Assembly: GCF_009914755.1 (NCBI RefSeq)
Contig: NC_060926.1
Strand: one strand, 5' to 3'
DNA length: 64,000 nt
Source: the human T2T-CHM13v2.0 reference genome, Homo sapiens
The position numbers were made by a program, and so were the translations under genes. The first letter of the stretch is position 1, and every line of letters begins with the position of its first letter. Shown here piece after piece: positions 44,702 through 56,329 of the stretch. The notes under the pieces were generated by a model. The model was given only the letters and a program-made list of their open reading frames with translations, was not told the DNA's origin and did not search any database.

Positions 44702-46710
44702 GTGCAGCCTGATCTTCCTCTTCTCCCTTGCCAGCCAGCACTCTGCCTTCTGTATCCACCATGGTGTTTGGTGAGTTTTTCCATCGCCCTGGACAAGACG
44801 AGGAACTTGTCAACCTGAATGTGGGGGGCTTTAAGCAGTCTGTTGACCAAAGCACCCTCCTGCGGTTTCCTCACACCAGACTGGGGAAGCTGCTTACTTG
44901 CCATTCTGAAGAGGCCATTCTGGAGCTGTGTGATGATTACAGTGTGGCCGATAAGGAATACTACTTTGATCGGAATCCCTCCTTGTTCAGATATGTTTTG
45001 AATTTTTATTACACGGGGAAGCTGCATGTCATGGAGGAGCTGTGCGTATTCTCATTCTGCCAGGAGATCGAGTACTGGGGCATCAACGAGCTCTTCATTG
45101 ATTCTTGCTGCAGCAATCGCTACCAGGAACGCAAGGAGGAAAACCACGAGAAGGACTGGGACCAGAAAAGCCATGATGTGAGTACCGACTCCTCGTTTGA
45201 AGAGTCGTCTCTGTTTGAGAAAGAGCTGGAGAAGTTTGACACACTGCGATTTGGTCAGCTCCGGAAGAAAATCTGGATTAGAATGGAGAATCCAGCGTAC
45301 TGCCTGTCCGCTAAGCTTATCGCTATCTCCTCCTTGAGCGTGGTGCTGGCCTCCATCGTGGCCATGTGCGTTCACAGCATGTCGGAGTTCCAGAATGAGG
45401 ATGGAGAAGTGGATGATCCGGTGCTGGAAGGAGTGGAGATCGCGTGCATTGCCTGGTTCACCGGGGAGCTTGCCGTCCGGCTGGCTGCCGCTCCTTGTCA
45501 AAAGAAATTCTGGAAAAACCCTCTGAACATCATTGACTTTGTCTCTATTATTCCCTTCTATGCCACGTTGGCTGTAGACACCAAGGAGGAAGAGAGTGAG
45601 GATATTGAGAACATGGGCAAGGTGGTCCAGATCCTACGGCTTATGAGGATTTTCCGAATTCTAAAGCTTGCCCGGCACTCGGTAGGACTTCGGTCTCTAG
45701 GTGCCACACTGAGACACAGCTACCATGAAGTTGGGCTTCTGCTTCTCTTCCTCTCTGTGGGCATTTCCATTTTCTCTGTGCTTATCTACTCCGTGGAGAA
45801 AGATGACCACACATCCAGCCTCACCAGCATCCCCATCTGCTGGTGGTGGGCCACCATCAGCATGACAACTGTGGGCTATGGAGACACCCACCCGGTCACC
45901 TTGGCGGGAAAGCTCATCGCCAGCACATGCATCATCTGTGGCATCTTGGTGGTGGCCCTTCCCATCACCATCATCTTCAACAAGTTTTCCAAGTACTACC
46001 AGAAGCAAAAGGACATTGATGTGGACCAGTGCAGTGAGGATGCACCAGAGAAGTGTCATGAGCTACCTTACTTTAACATTAGGGATATATATGCACAGCG
46101 GATGCACACCTTCATTACCAGTCTCTCTTCTGTAGGCATTGTGGTGAGCGATCCTGACTCCACAGATGCTTCAAGCATTGAAGACAATGAGGACATTTGT
46201 AACACCACCTCCTTGGAGAATTGCACAGCAAAATGAGCGGGGGTGTTTGTGCCTGTTTCTCTTATCCTTTCCCGACATTAGGTTAACACAGCTTTATAAA
46301 CCTCAGTGGGTTCGTTAAAATCATTTAATTCTCAGGGTGTACCTTTCAGCCATAGTTGGACATTCATTGCTGAATTCTGAAATGATAGAATTGTCTTTAT
46401 TTTTCTCTGTGAGGTCAATTAAATGCCTTGTTCTGAAATTTATTTTTTACAAGAGAGAGTTGTGATATAGTTTGGAATATAAGATAAATGGTATTGGGTG
46501 GGGTTTGTGGCTACAGCTTATGCATCATTCTGTGTTTGTCATTTACTCACATTGAGCTAACTTTAAATTACTGACAAGTAGAATCAAAGGTGCAGCTGAC
46601 TGAGACGACATGCATGTAAGATCCACAAAATGAGACAATGCATGTAAATCCATGCTCATGTTCTAAACATGGAAACTAGGAGCCTAATAAACTTCCTAAT
46701 TCAGTATGGA
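44702..46710 (+). other. KCNS3: KCNS3 terminal exon (59 nt 5'UTR + CDS + about 470 nt 3'UTR)
   Basis: Branch point TGCTAAT (44674-44680), pyrimidine tract and CTCTTTCCAG| acceptor at 44701. The 3' end is estimated from the poly(A) signal. Confidence 0.92.
44761..46236 (+). CDS. KCNS3: Voltage-gated potassium channel modifier subunit Kv9.3 (491 aa), single coding exon
   Basis: ORF MVFGEFFHRPGQDEELVNLNVGG...ENCTAK. It has a T1/BTB domain (LCDDY, FDRNPSLF), S4 voltage sensor RLMRIFRILKLARH, pore TTVGYGD and S6 ALPITII lacking the PXP motif (KvS hallmark). ATG is in ideal Kozak context (CCACCATGG), with an in-frame TGA at 44710-44712 upstream. Confidence 0.99.
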   Translation: MVFGEFFHRPGQDEELVNLNVGGFKQSVDQSTLLRFPHTRLGKLLTCHSEEAILELCDDYSVADKEYYFDRNPSLFRYVLNFYYTGKLHVMEELCVFSFCQEIEYWGINELFIDSCCSNRYQERKEENHEKDWDQKSHDVSTDSSFEESSLFEKELEKFDTLRFGQLRKKIWIRMENPAYCLSAKLIAISSLSVVLASIVAMCVHSMSEFQNEDGEVDDPVLEGVEIACIAWFTGELAVRLAAAPCQKKFWKNPLNIIDFVSIIPFYATLAVDTKEEESEDIENMGKVVQILRLMRIFRILKLARHSVGLRSLGATLRHSYHEVGLLLLFLSVGISIFSVLIYSVEKDDHTSSLTSIPICWWWATISMTTVGYGDTHPVTLAGKLIASTCIICGILVVALPITIIFNKFSKYYQKQKDIDVDQCSEDAPEKCHELPYFNIRDIYAQRMHTFITSLSSVGIVVSDPDSTDASSIEDNEDICNTTSLENCTAK

Positions 46711-46740
46711 GAATGTCTTGGTTGTATGTTTTTATGTTGA
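46686..46740 (+). terminator. KCNS3 polyadenylation signal and downstream GU-rich element
   Basis: AATAAA at 46686-46691, upstream TGTA motifs, downstream TGTCTTGGTTGTATGTTTTTATGTT. Confidence 0.85.
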
Positions 46741-47829
46741 GTAACTACATTTTAGCATGTTCAGGATTGGTTTGGAAGAAAAATGTTCTTTTTGGAGTAC
46801 CAAGAGCCCTTCCTTTCTTTATGCTTTTGAATTTTAGGTATGTACCAAGCATGTGCTAGCTCTTTTTTCAGTAGACTTGATGGTAGTTGGCAGATAGAAG
46901 AACATGTCCATGACTAAATTGCGCTGTCCAGCATAAACTGATTAAACATGTAGGTGTTTGGGACACACTCAAAATTGGCATATATGAATGAAGCGTGTAC
47001 TCTTACAAATATTTCTTCAGTATATCTTTTGAATTTTATACTAATTTATACTGCTAGGACAAAATCTCACTACCTAAAAAATATTGCAGAGCAGAGTAAA
47101 CCTACACATTCACAGGCAGGGATACTTTCAGTGAATGGAAGAAGGGAGAAATGTTGTACAAATACACAGATGTGATTCATTATGACCGGAGGAGTGAAAC
47201 TTAAATCTCTGGAAAAATCTATGCCAGCAGCTATAAAATGAGCCAACATTTTCCAATAGCCGTAGAGATGGTAATTTCTGCATCTCATGTAGAAACTTCT
47301 CACAAAGAAAGAAGACATACATACGCATTTTCAGACAGTGGCAGAGCAATTCTATCCCATGTGGAGAGAATTTAGCTAAAGTGTTAATTTTGGAGATGTG
47401 TGGAGACTGTCACGCACGCCACCAGGGGCTGGTTATGGATTCTTTACCTGAAGTCTTTCCAGTGGAAGAGCCACATGGATTTGTTATGTTTGTAGATGCA
47501 TTTCATTGAAAGAAGGGCATTATCAGATATAGGTAACTCTTTGACTCATCACTCCTCTTAATGTTTCTATGGCTTCGGAGATGGATATAACTAAACAGGG
47601 TTTATGGCCACTTTTAAATCTGGAGGTTTATTACATGCATGTGTGTTACCCCCTGCTCATTAAAAAAAAATCTTTTCTCCAAAATGCATTTTTGATATTG
47701 GAATAAGTATAGTTTTGAGGCACAGCAATAGAATTTGGGATCTTGTTTTATCAAAGATTTTCTAATTAGTGGTGAAGTAACTGAAGACTCCTTATGTAAT
47801 AATAGTAACAGTAGTAGTAATAGTAACAA

Positions 47830-48040
47830 GAACAGCAATAATCATATGATAATACGCTAACTGTGTAATTGCATTTATTTATTACAACATCCCTTGAAGC
47901 AAAAGTTTGATACTATTCCCATTTTAAGATGAGGAAACTAAGGTTTGCAGGGAAGGTGGCTTGCGGAAGTTCAAGAGTCAGTAGTGGGGTTGGGCTCTGG
48001 ACCCAGGAGGCTGACTCCAGGGCCTGTGCTTTTCACTGGC
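47830..48040 (-). mobile_element. MIR
   Basis: CCCATTTTAAGATGAGGAAACTAAGG core. Confidence 0.75.
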
Positions 48041-50641
48041 CCCTGCTCTGCCGTGTTAGGGAGTGGATTTAAGGAAACATCAGAACACAGTGCATCTGAA
48101 GGGACAAAGAGCCACAAACACTGTCAGACTTTGACTTTTTAAGGATGTGAGCTGAAAGGGGAAAATGCTGGCTTATGTATCTTCCCTTTCCTAATCCAGA
48201 CATCAGATACACTTATTTACAGAGACAGTTTTCTAGAATGCCCCTCGAAGCTGGAATAGGCTCTGAGGGTCTGTCCCTGAGGACACTGCATGGCAGACAC
48301 AGCAGAAACTGTGGCTCTGTAAGAGCCTAGAAATGCCTTCACTGGTGAGACCAAGTAGAGTAAGGGGAGCTTTGACAGTTGGACCTGTGTAGGAACTGAG
48401 TTTCTGCCTGTGTCTCATATTAATTGCTGGAGAGCGGCTTGCTGTGTGGCATGAGTGGTGGTGGTGGCTTCCCTCTGGGCTTGGCCGGCTGCAAACCCTT
48501 CCCCCAGCCCCTTCTCAGCCCGGTCCCTGCCATACTCTTCAGTTAGAATCCCTGCCACATCCCTAGGCCTCCATGCCACAAGTTGCAGTGCCTTGTGTTT
48601 ATTTTAGCCTCTCTGAGCTTCCCCACCATCCACACAGGGCTCCTCTTCCTCATTCCCACATGGTGACATGCTGGGTTCCTTCTTTCTCCAAGACTTGAGT
48701 CAGTGGCTGAACACGCACTCTCAGGGATGCTGGCCAGGGACTGAGGCACTGCCTGTTTCTGTGTTGATTGGTCCTGGGCATCAGGGTTCATTTGTGGGAG
48801 ACCCGACCACTTCAGGGAGTTTTATCCTGTAATTCTTTCCAGTTCTTTCTTCTTGTCCTGTGACTGCTTTTTCTCCTCCCAGTTCCTCAGATTTGTTTTC
48901 GTCCACAGCAGTACTTTATGGCGGTTTGGAAGGCCATTGACTCTCCAAGCACCTGTGCCACCTGAGTCGATTTTCTCTTTCCCATCCCCTCTGCCCTGGA
49001 GATTGTATTCAACTTCCGCTTGTTTTCATTCAGCATTTCCTGAGTGCTTGCTCTGATATATGTTCAGGGCAGCCTCCGGGAATAGCAGACTGAGACTCCA
49101 TCCTTATCCTCTGGGGGCCTTCAGGCCAACAGGAAACAGGGGTCAATTGGCTCACCTCTTTATCTCTCTGTGTGGAGAGAGAGAGCAAAGAGAGAAGAGG
49201 CTTCCTGGAGGAGGCGACACCTGAGCTGTTCAGGGCTCCAGTCTCTGAGTCTGGTGAGTTCGGTTTGATGTTAGGGATAAAACCTTCACTGATACTGAGC
49301 AGTTGGAGTCTGTTGCCTCCCAGATCCCACTTTCCAGCCATATACACTGCTAATCTCTGCCTCTGTGGCTTCTCTTTTCTCCCATTTTGCTGACCACCCT
49401 ACTTTAGTTAAAAGATCTTTCACCTTTAGATATGCTGATATCTCATTTTATTTTTTCCTGTGGAGGTTTAAATATGCTGATATAGGTAACTTGGTGACTT
49501 TACTTGCTCTTCCTGTTTTTTTTTTTTATTGTTTGCTTTTGGTCTCTCAATTGCTTGTGTACATGCCTGAAATCTTCCTCAAGCGTTTATTTTATGTTTA
49601 ACTCGGAGTTTTAGGGGCACTTGCTATTGTTTCTGTCTAGATGGTTATGGTGGGCCATTGTCTTGTGGCTTCTATGCTGTGAGACCGCTGTTCTATTTTA
49701 TAGAGGCTGATTAATGTTACCGGAGAAGCTGTAACTAATGTTCAGAAATGGGTATTTTGTACCATATGGAACTGCCAATATCTGTCACTTTTTGATTGAG
49801 AATAACAGCAGTTTCAATATGGTTCAATTTATTGTTAAAGGTTTGCCTCATGTTAGCACAAAGGTATTTCTCAAGTTCTTAGACAAGCTTGTGGCAGGTC
49901 CTACCTACTACATGTCTGGTTTAAGGAAGAAGTGAGCACCAGGATGCCTGGGGATTTAGGACTAGCACCAGGCTTGCTGGCTGGGTGAGTAGGAGATGGG
50001 GGAGAACCTCTCTGAGCTTGTTTTCTTAGATTTGAGATGAATACATTAATTGCTGGAATTCTTTGTATCCCTGACACTTGTATAATTTGCTTTGTTACTG
50101 CAAAATGGCTAGTTCCCTTCTAACTTTGCTTACATTATAAATGTGCATAGCAAAAACCGATTTTAAACTACTCTCTGATTTTTCTTATCTTCTCAGTAGA
50201 ATCCTAACCAATGAGGTTTTATTTCCTGTTGTTGAGGGCCCAAGGGATTGACTACCTTAAAACTTAGGTTATTAAAAACATTTACAAAGGATCATTTATT
50301 TCTTCCCTATGTCTGGTGGTGAGGAGTGAAGGCCCCTAAAATGCTGGAATGATATTGGGTGAAAGACCTCTTGAACTTCAAAAAGTGCATGATTTTGGTT
50401 TGCTTTAAAATCACCTGGTGGCTTAAACTTTGTTCATTTTCAGCATCTGCTGCTTTGCCCTTCCGAGGAAGAATGCCAAAGCATTTAAGAACACAGGAAA
50501 AAGAGGAGGGGTGAGCTGAGAGAGAGAAAACTCACAGGTCCTTGATGGCTAAGCACTGCTTAAAGCCATGGAATGTGACAGTCTGGCCCCATTCCCATTT
50601 TATAGATGAGGAAAAGGAATGACTTACCTGAGTAAGGCATG

Positions 50642-51045
50642 TGATATAGTTTGGATCTGTGTCTCCACTCAAATCTCATGTTTAATTGTAATCCCCAATG
50701 CTGGAGGCAGGGCCTGGAGGGAGGTGTTTGGATCATGGGGTTGGATCTCACATGCCTTGGTGCTGCCTTTGTGATAGTTCTTGCAAGATCTGGTCATTTA
50801 AAAGTGTGTGGCACCACCCCCTGCACTGCCTTGCTTGCTCCTGCCTTTGCCATGTGACGTGTCTATTCCTGCTTTGCTTTCTGCCATGACTGTAAGCTTC
50901 CTGAGGCCTCCCTAGAAGCCAAGCAGATGCCAGGACCATGCTTCCTGTAAGGCCTGCAGAACCATGAGCTAATTAAACATCCTTTCTTTATAAATTACCC
51001 AGTCTCAGGCGTTTCTTCATAGCAGTGCAAGAACGGCCTAATACA
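50642..51045 (+). mobile_element. Solo MST-type LTR inserted in a MIR
   Basis: TGATATAGTTTGG...CTAATACA with TSD GCATG/GTATG. Confidence 0.92.
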
Positions 51046-51095
51046 GTATGCCATATAGCAACAGAGACCAAATCCAGACTAGAATAGACACAACA

Positions 51096-51272
51096 CCCTC
51101 CCTTCCTCCCTCCCTGCCTCCTTCTTATCCCCTCCCGTTTGCCTTCCCCACTCTCCATCCCTTCCTTCCTCCTTCTCTCCCTGTCCTCCCCTCCCCTTCC
51201 TCCCCACCTCCCCTTGGCTCCCCTCCTCCTTGATACCCTCCTTTCCTTTCTCCCTCCCTCCCCTCCTTCCTT
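51096..51272. repeat. CT-rich low-complexity tract
   Basis: Imperfect (CCCT/CCTT)n at the end of an old L1M fragment. Confidence 0.9.
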
Positions 51273-52074
51273 TTATTATAAGAGTGTAAATATATACAGA
51301 AGTTGCAAGAATAGTATCATATACTTCCCTGTGACCATCACCAGCTTCAACGTTTTACCAACTCCTGAGAAACTTGTTTCATCTCTCTGACTCACTTCCT
51401 CTTCTCCCCAGTTTATTTTGAAGCAAGTCTCAATCCTATCATTTAATCCATAAATATTTCAGAAAGTATCTTTAAAAGAGCAATCTTTTTCTAAACATGA
51501 TTACAATGCCATTAGTAAAACTAAAAATTAATGATGACTCCTTAATGCTATGAAATAGCCAGCCTTAGTATTGCATAACCATCACTTTCTAGTTACTTGG
51601 CATTTCTGAACACCTGGTTTGAGTAAGAATTTCTACAAATGTTATGCTAAAGAGTCACAGGAATGTAGTGAGCCTCAAAAAGTAATTGAAATGATGTCTG
51701 CTTAGAGTCTCAATTATTCTCAGTTTTTCAAGACCTCCAGAGGCCAAGAGAACACACCTTACCACTGACATTTGACTTAAATGTTGCTAACGGCAGTTGC
51801 AAGTCCACTTGTCCTTATTTCACACTCGCTGAAGGTAGAACCAGCTACTAACTGCCCTCTGAATAATGAATGTCTGAGTTCTTCAAGTTATTCGGTTTCC
51901 ATTTAGAGCTCCCTTCTTCTGCTGTAAAGAATCCCTGTTTTTAAACTTTTACTCATTTTTTTTTTCCAGGAAAGTAGGAGAAGAAAGAGAAAATATTTTT
52001 TAGGTGCTACCCAATTTAATCAACATCCAAGTGTGATAGGCGTTTTAGTAGAGAGCTTAAATGACTTTCCCAAA

Positions 52075-52543
52075 AGTCTTAGTTTCAGATGGCTGCTGTG
52101 ACAAGTTATCACAAACTTGGTGGCTGAAAGGATGAATAATTTACCTTCTTCCAGTCTGGAGGCCAGAAGTTTGAACTGAATCTTAGGGGTTAAACCTAAG
52201 GAGTTGGCAGGGCTGGTTCTGGCTGGAGGCATTGGGGATAGAATCTGGACCTTGCCTCTGCTAGCTTCTCATGGCTGCTGGCACTCCTTGGCTTGTGGCC
52301 ACATCATTCCAATCTCTGCCTCCACAGTCTCATTGCCTTCTCTTCTGTGTCACACCTCCCTCCACCTCTTTTATAAGGGCACTTGTGATTACATTTAGGC
52401 CCACCTGGATAATCCAGGGTACTCTTCCCACATTAAGATCCTCAATTTAATCACATCCTCACAGTCCTTTGTTGATATAATATTCACAGTTTCCAGGGAT
52501 TACAACATGGATGTTTTCAGGGGCCATTATTCAGCCTACTGCA
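52075..52543 (-). mobile_element. MLT1C/D-like LTR
   Basis: CACAAACTTGGTGGCT...TCTGGAGGCCAGAAGT...GGGCCATTATTCAGCCTAC. Confidence 0.85.
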
Positions 52544-52609
52544 CCAAAGTTACACAACTACAAGGTTTAATGTTAATGGTGTACTAATATATTACAACTT
52601 ACTCTTTGG

Positions 52610-52845
52610 GAAAAAGGGATAGTGGACAAAAACATGCCGTTTTGCATCAAACTTAAGTTCTAATCCTAGTTTTGTCTGTGATCATGGGCAAGCACTTTAA
52701 CCTCTCTGAGCCTCAGTCTTCTCATCTGTGTATGGGGATATCAACCTTCTCACAGGCTAGTGTAAGGATGAAATTGGCTAATCTCTATAAAGTATCTGGT
52801 GCAGTGCCTGGCATATAGTGCACATTCCATAAATGAGCTCCCATA
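52610..52845 (+). mobile_element. MIR
   Basis: GGGCAAGCACTTTAACCTCTCTGAGCCTCAGTCTTCTCATCTG. Confidence 0.8.
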
Positions 52846-53222
52846 TTATTATAATGCATATGGATATAATGCATATGGATATTATAATGCATATGGGTAT
52901 AAAGATAATCCTTTGGCTTATCTTATGTGGTACCCATGCAGAACCAGGTATTTTCTGTTTGCAATATATTAATGAAACCAAAAACAATTTGATGTGAAGA
53001 CATTTACAGTAGTCAATAAAAGGGTAATTTATGAAGTATTATTGTGTGAAAAGACAAAGATGATCATTTTGAATTAAGAAATAAAAATCTAAAATAGAAT
53101 CACAGAACATATTGGAGCAACTTTTAAGTGAAATTTGTAAAGATTTTTGCAAAACAAAAAATGTCACTGATTGGCAAGGGATTTGAAGATGAGATGGAGC
53201 ACTGGGTCTGGAGTCAGAATAC

Positions 53223-53518
53223 TTTTTTTTTTTTTTGAGACAGAGTCTTGCTCTGTCACCTAGGCTGGAGTGCAGTGGCGCCATGTCAGCTCACTGCAAC
53301 CTCTGCCTCCCAGGTTCAAGTGATTCTTGTGCCTCAGCCTCCCAAAGTAGCTGAGATTACAGGTGCACACCACCACACTGGCTAATTTTTGTATTTTTAG
53401 TAGAGATGGGGTTTCACCATGTTGGCCAAGCTGGTCTTGAACTCCTGGCCTCAAGTGATCTGCCTGCCTCAGCCTCCCAAAGTGCTGAGATTACAGGTGT
53501 GAGCCACTGGACCCAGCC
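53223..53518 (-). mobile_element. Alu (AluSz/Sx-like)
   Basis: Full reverse dimer with TSD AGAATAC. Confidence 0.95.
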
Positions 53519-55454
53519 GAGAATACCTGTTTGTGTTCCAGATCTGTTTATTTCTCTCTAGATGGGCTTGGGGAAACTACTTACTTTAGCTTTCTAAGCT
53601 TCAGTGTCTTAATGTATGAAAAGGAAAGAACAAGATCATGGCTGTAAGTATGTAAAAATTATTCAAGTATATCCCATAAACACTTCATAGTAAGGAGCCA
53701 TCAGGGGTCCCTCGTCCCTGATAAGAAAGATAAAGAGGAGAAGCAATTACATGTGTGTCCACGATGGACTTTATTACATCATTAAAAAAATCAGTGAGCA
53801 GAACATTTGTTTCTTGAAGCATTGTGTAGCTTTATTTGAAGATAGCTTTCTTTCCAAATGAATCCTGCCAGATACCAGCATGGGTATACATTTTACTGCA
53901 AAGTTCCATGGTGCTGTAAGGCCAGCTGTATGAAGCACACACAGAGCTATTTTTCCAGTAGCAATTATCTGATGAAATTGTGCCTTGTTGCAGCAGACAA
54001 GCCAGCTATATTCCCATTGGAGTAGGGAGCACGTGCTATGGTATTTATAAACTGTAAAAGCTGTTTGTCAGCATGCACAGCACATGCATTCATCCCTGAG
54101 TGCTGGCAAGAAATAGCCTCATTGTCCTCAAGAGCTAATGATGGATTTATAAATTCTGTCAGCAAATCTACTGCTGCAAGGGATTCTCTCTATAGATGAT
54201 GTTGACTCCAGCACGTGCAGTTTTAATGATGGACTGAATACATTGTAAGGCCCTGGGTCAGACACTTAGCCCATTCTTTTCTGAGCCAACTCCAACAGAT
54301 TACAGATGCAAAGGAAGAGTCATGGTGCAAGGTGCATGGTGTCATAGAGGAGATGAAACATGGGAAGTCAGCATACTCAGAATCCTCAGCATCATCCTTC
54401 ACTGCCTAGCAAGAGAAAGATTTCAGAACCATTGCAGACACCATCTTGCTCCATTTCTGGGGTCTGCACAAGCCAAAACTTTAGAATCCTTTCCAGGCTT
54501 CTGCTGTTGGCTTTGCTGGGGATGGGTACAGGAATGGTTCATGCTTCCTTACAACCTTTGTCTCCGGGCCAGTCAGACAGCCTAGCAGCCCATAGAAGTG
54601 AGCCGTAACCCTCCACAGGGTTCACAGCAGTATACCCAGGCTCTCTTCATTGGCCCTTTCTGCTTCCGTTGGATCAGGTGTAATCTGGTTCTTGACTCTC
54701 AGCTTTGGTTTTTATCCACCATCTGCCTCTGCATCTTGGCAAATCATCTCTCTGTTCATTACCCCAGTTACCATTCATACCCTCCGTCTATGTGTTTCTG
54801 CATTTTAGAGCATTTTCATGTAAGCCTACCCCAAGACAGCCTCAAGGACATGCCTAAGCCTCAGCTAGCTGAGGTTTAGTCCAACTTCTTGAAAGCCCCG
54901 CAGAGAGACCTGGATGTTTCAGGCTGTTGGAGTTCATGACCTCAGGTGACTGACACAGGCCTGATCAGACTCCATTCCAAGTTTCTTAGTAAGAGTTATC
55001 AACTCCCACTGGAAGCTTGGGGTCATTTCCACATAAAAATACTGCATGATATATAATAGGATTTTAAATGGACCATGTTTCACTTGCATATTCCTGTAAC
55101 CTCCAGTATAATTGCCCCTCTTTTAATCAGCCAGCCCCAGTGGCTTCTGGTTGTTTGTCCATAAGGGACTTTGTAGAGTCGTATGGTTATTTGTGATAGC
55201 TTCCCAGAGGAATAGGGAAGGACCCTATAGCTTTTATTGTGAGTGATTGATTGCCCTTGAGGATCAGATTATTTATTATGGTTTTGTCTCATATCCAATT
55301 TCATTTGTTCAATAAAAATATATTAAAGGCTACTCTATGTTATGGTTCCATTATATTATAAATTTATGCTCTGATATAGTGGTGAAAAAAAAAACAGCTC
55401 TTGCTTATAAGATGCTCATAGTCTGATGGGATGGACCTCCAGGGCTGGGGTGCT

Positions 55455-55660
55455 TAAGGGTAGCAGAAAAGGAGCACAGGCCTTGGAGGTCAGACCTTGG
55501 TTCAGAGTCTGGCTTCACCACTTACTTGCTCTGTGACCACGGTCAAGTTACTTAACCTCTCTGAAGCCTCCATTTTCTCAACTGTACAAAGGGGACTAAG
55601 GCCCATTTTACGAGGTTGAGATAACGCACATTAAGGACACATTGTAGGTGCTCAAAAAAG
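55455..55660 (+). mobile_element. MIR
   Basis: GGTCAAGTTACTTAACCTCTCTGAAGCCTCCATTTTCTC. Confidence 0.8.
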
Positions 55661-56329
55661 GTTACTCTCCTCCTTTTTTTGTTGACTAATATTGCATTCT
55701 TGGCTAAGGTTTTATTACATAAAATGAATTGAAACCTTGACATTAGTTTAGTGAATCTGAATAGAGTAGATAGCTGATGATTCAGATTTACAATCACTTG
55801 CTCCCCTCTCATTCGTTGCTGATAAACTCATATTGGCATATCAGTATGATATTAAGTTCCACTGCTGCTCTGAGGTCAAGAGCATCCTCTATCCTTGACA
55901 GGTTGCTTGTTCAGACCTTTTCCCTCTTCCCCTCATGATCTGTGTGTCATGAGTCAGGAAGAGACCCCTGAGCCTTGGAAGCTTCCTTGAGCAGTTACAG
56001 ACTTGCTGACATTTATGAGTTAATATTGCCTTATCAAACAATGAAGGATTCTAAAAACAATGTAGGCCCCAAATAACTGCCTCACAAACAAGTATTTTAA
56101 TGCTGAAGTGATCACCATATTCCATGAAAGTTTTGGCAGGGGTTTCCCTTCTTCACTGAGCACCAGATGTCTACAATGCAATTGCACAGGTTTGTCCTCG
56201 GACAAGCACCCATCATTTCTGATGGTTAAATGTTTCAATCCATCTCAAGAAACTGCCTGCAATCAGCAGATCTAATAAAGCTGGAGTTTTAAAAGTAGTT
56301 TGGACCCATTGGAATAGACACTGTGCAAT

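Larger units (their letters stand above)
31562..44774 (+). promoter_or_regulatory. Spliced upstream overlapping ORF (44 aa), join(31562-31623, 44702-44774), out of frame with KCNS3
   Basis: Manual translation across the exon junction gives MMMDVPPGRMKAERVASPPQGCSLIFLFSLASQHSAFCIHHGVW*. The stop TGA at 44772-44774 lies downstream of the main ATG. Confidence 0.7.

Noticed and set aside
44728-44760. 11-codon N-terminal extension of the 502-aa ORF in the track
   Set aside because: It starts at a TTG. The ATG at 44761 has a perfect Kozak context and gives the known 491-aa length.
44638-46059. Antisense ORFs of 120-149 aa over KCNS3
   Set aside because: Typical shadow ORFs caused by codon bias of the sense CDS; no recognisable domains.
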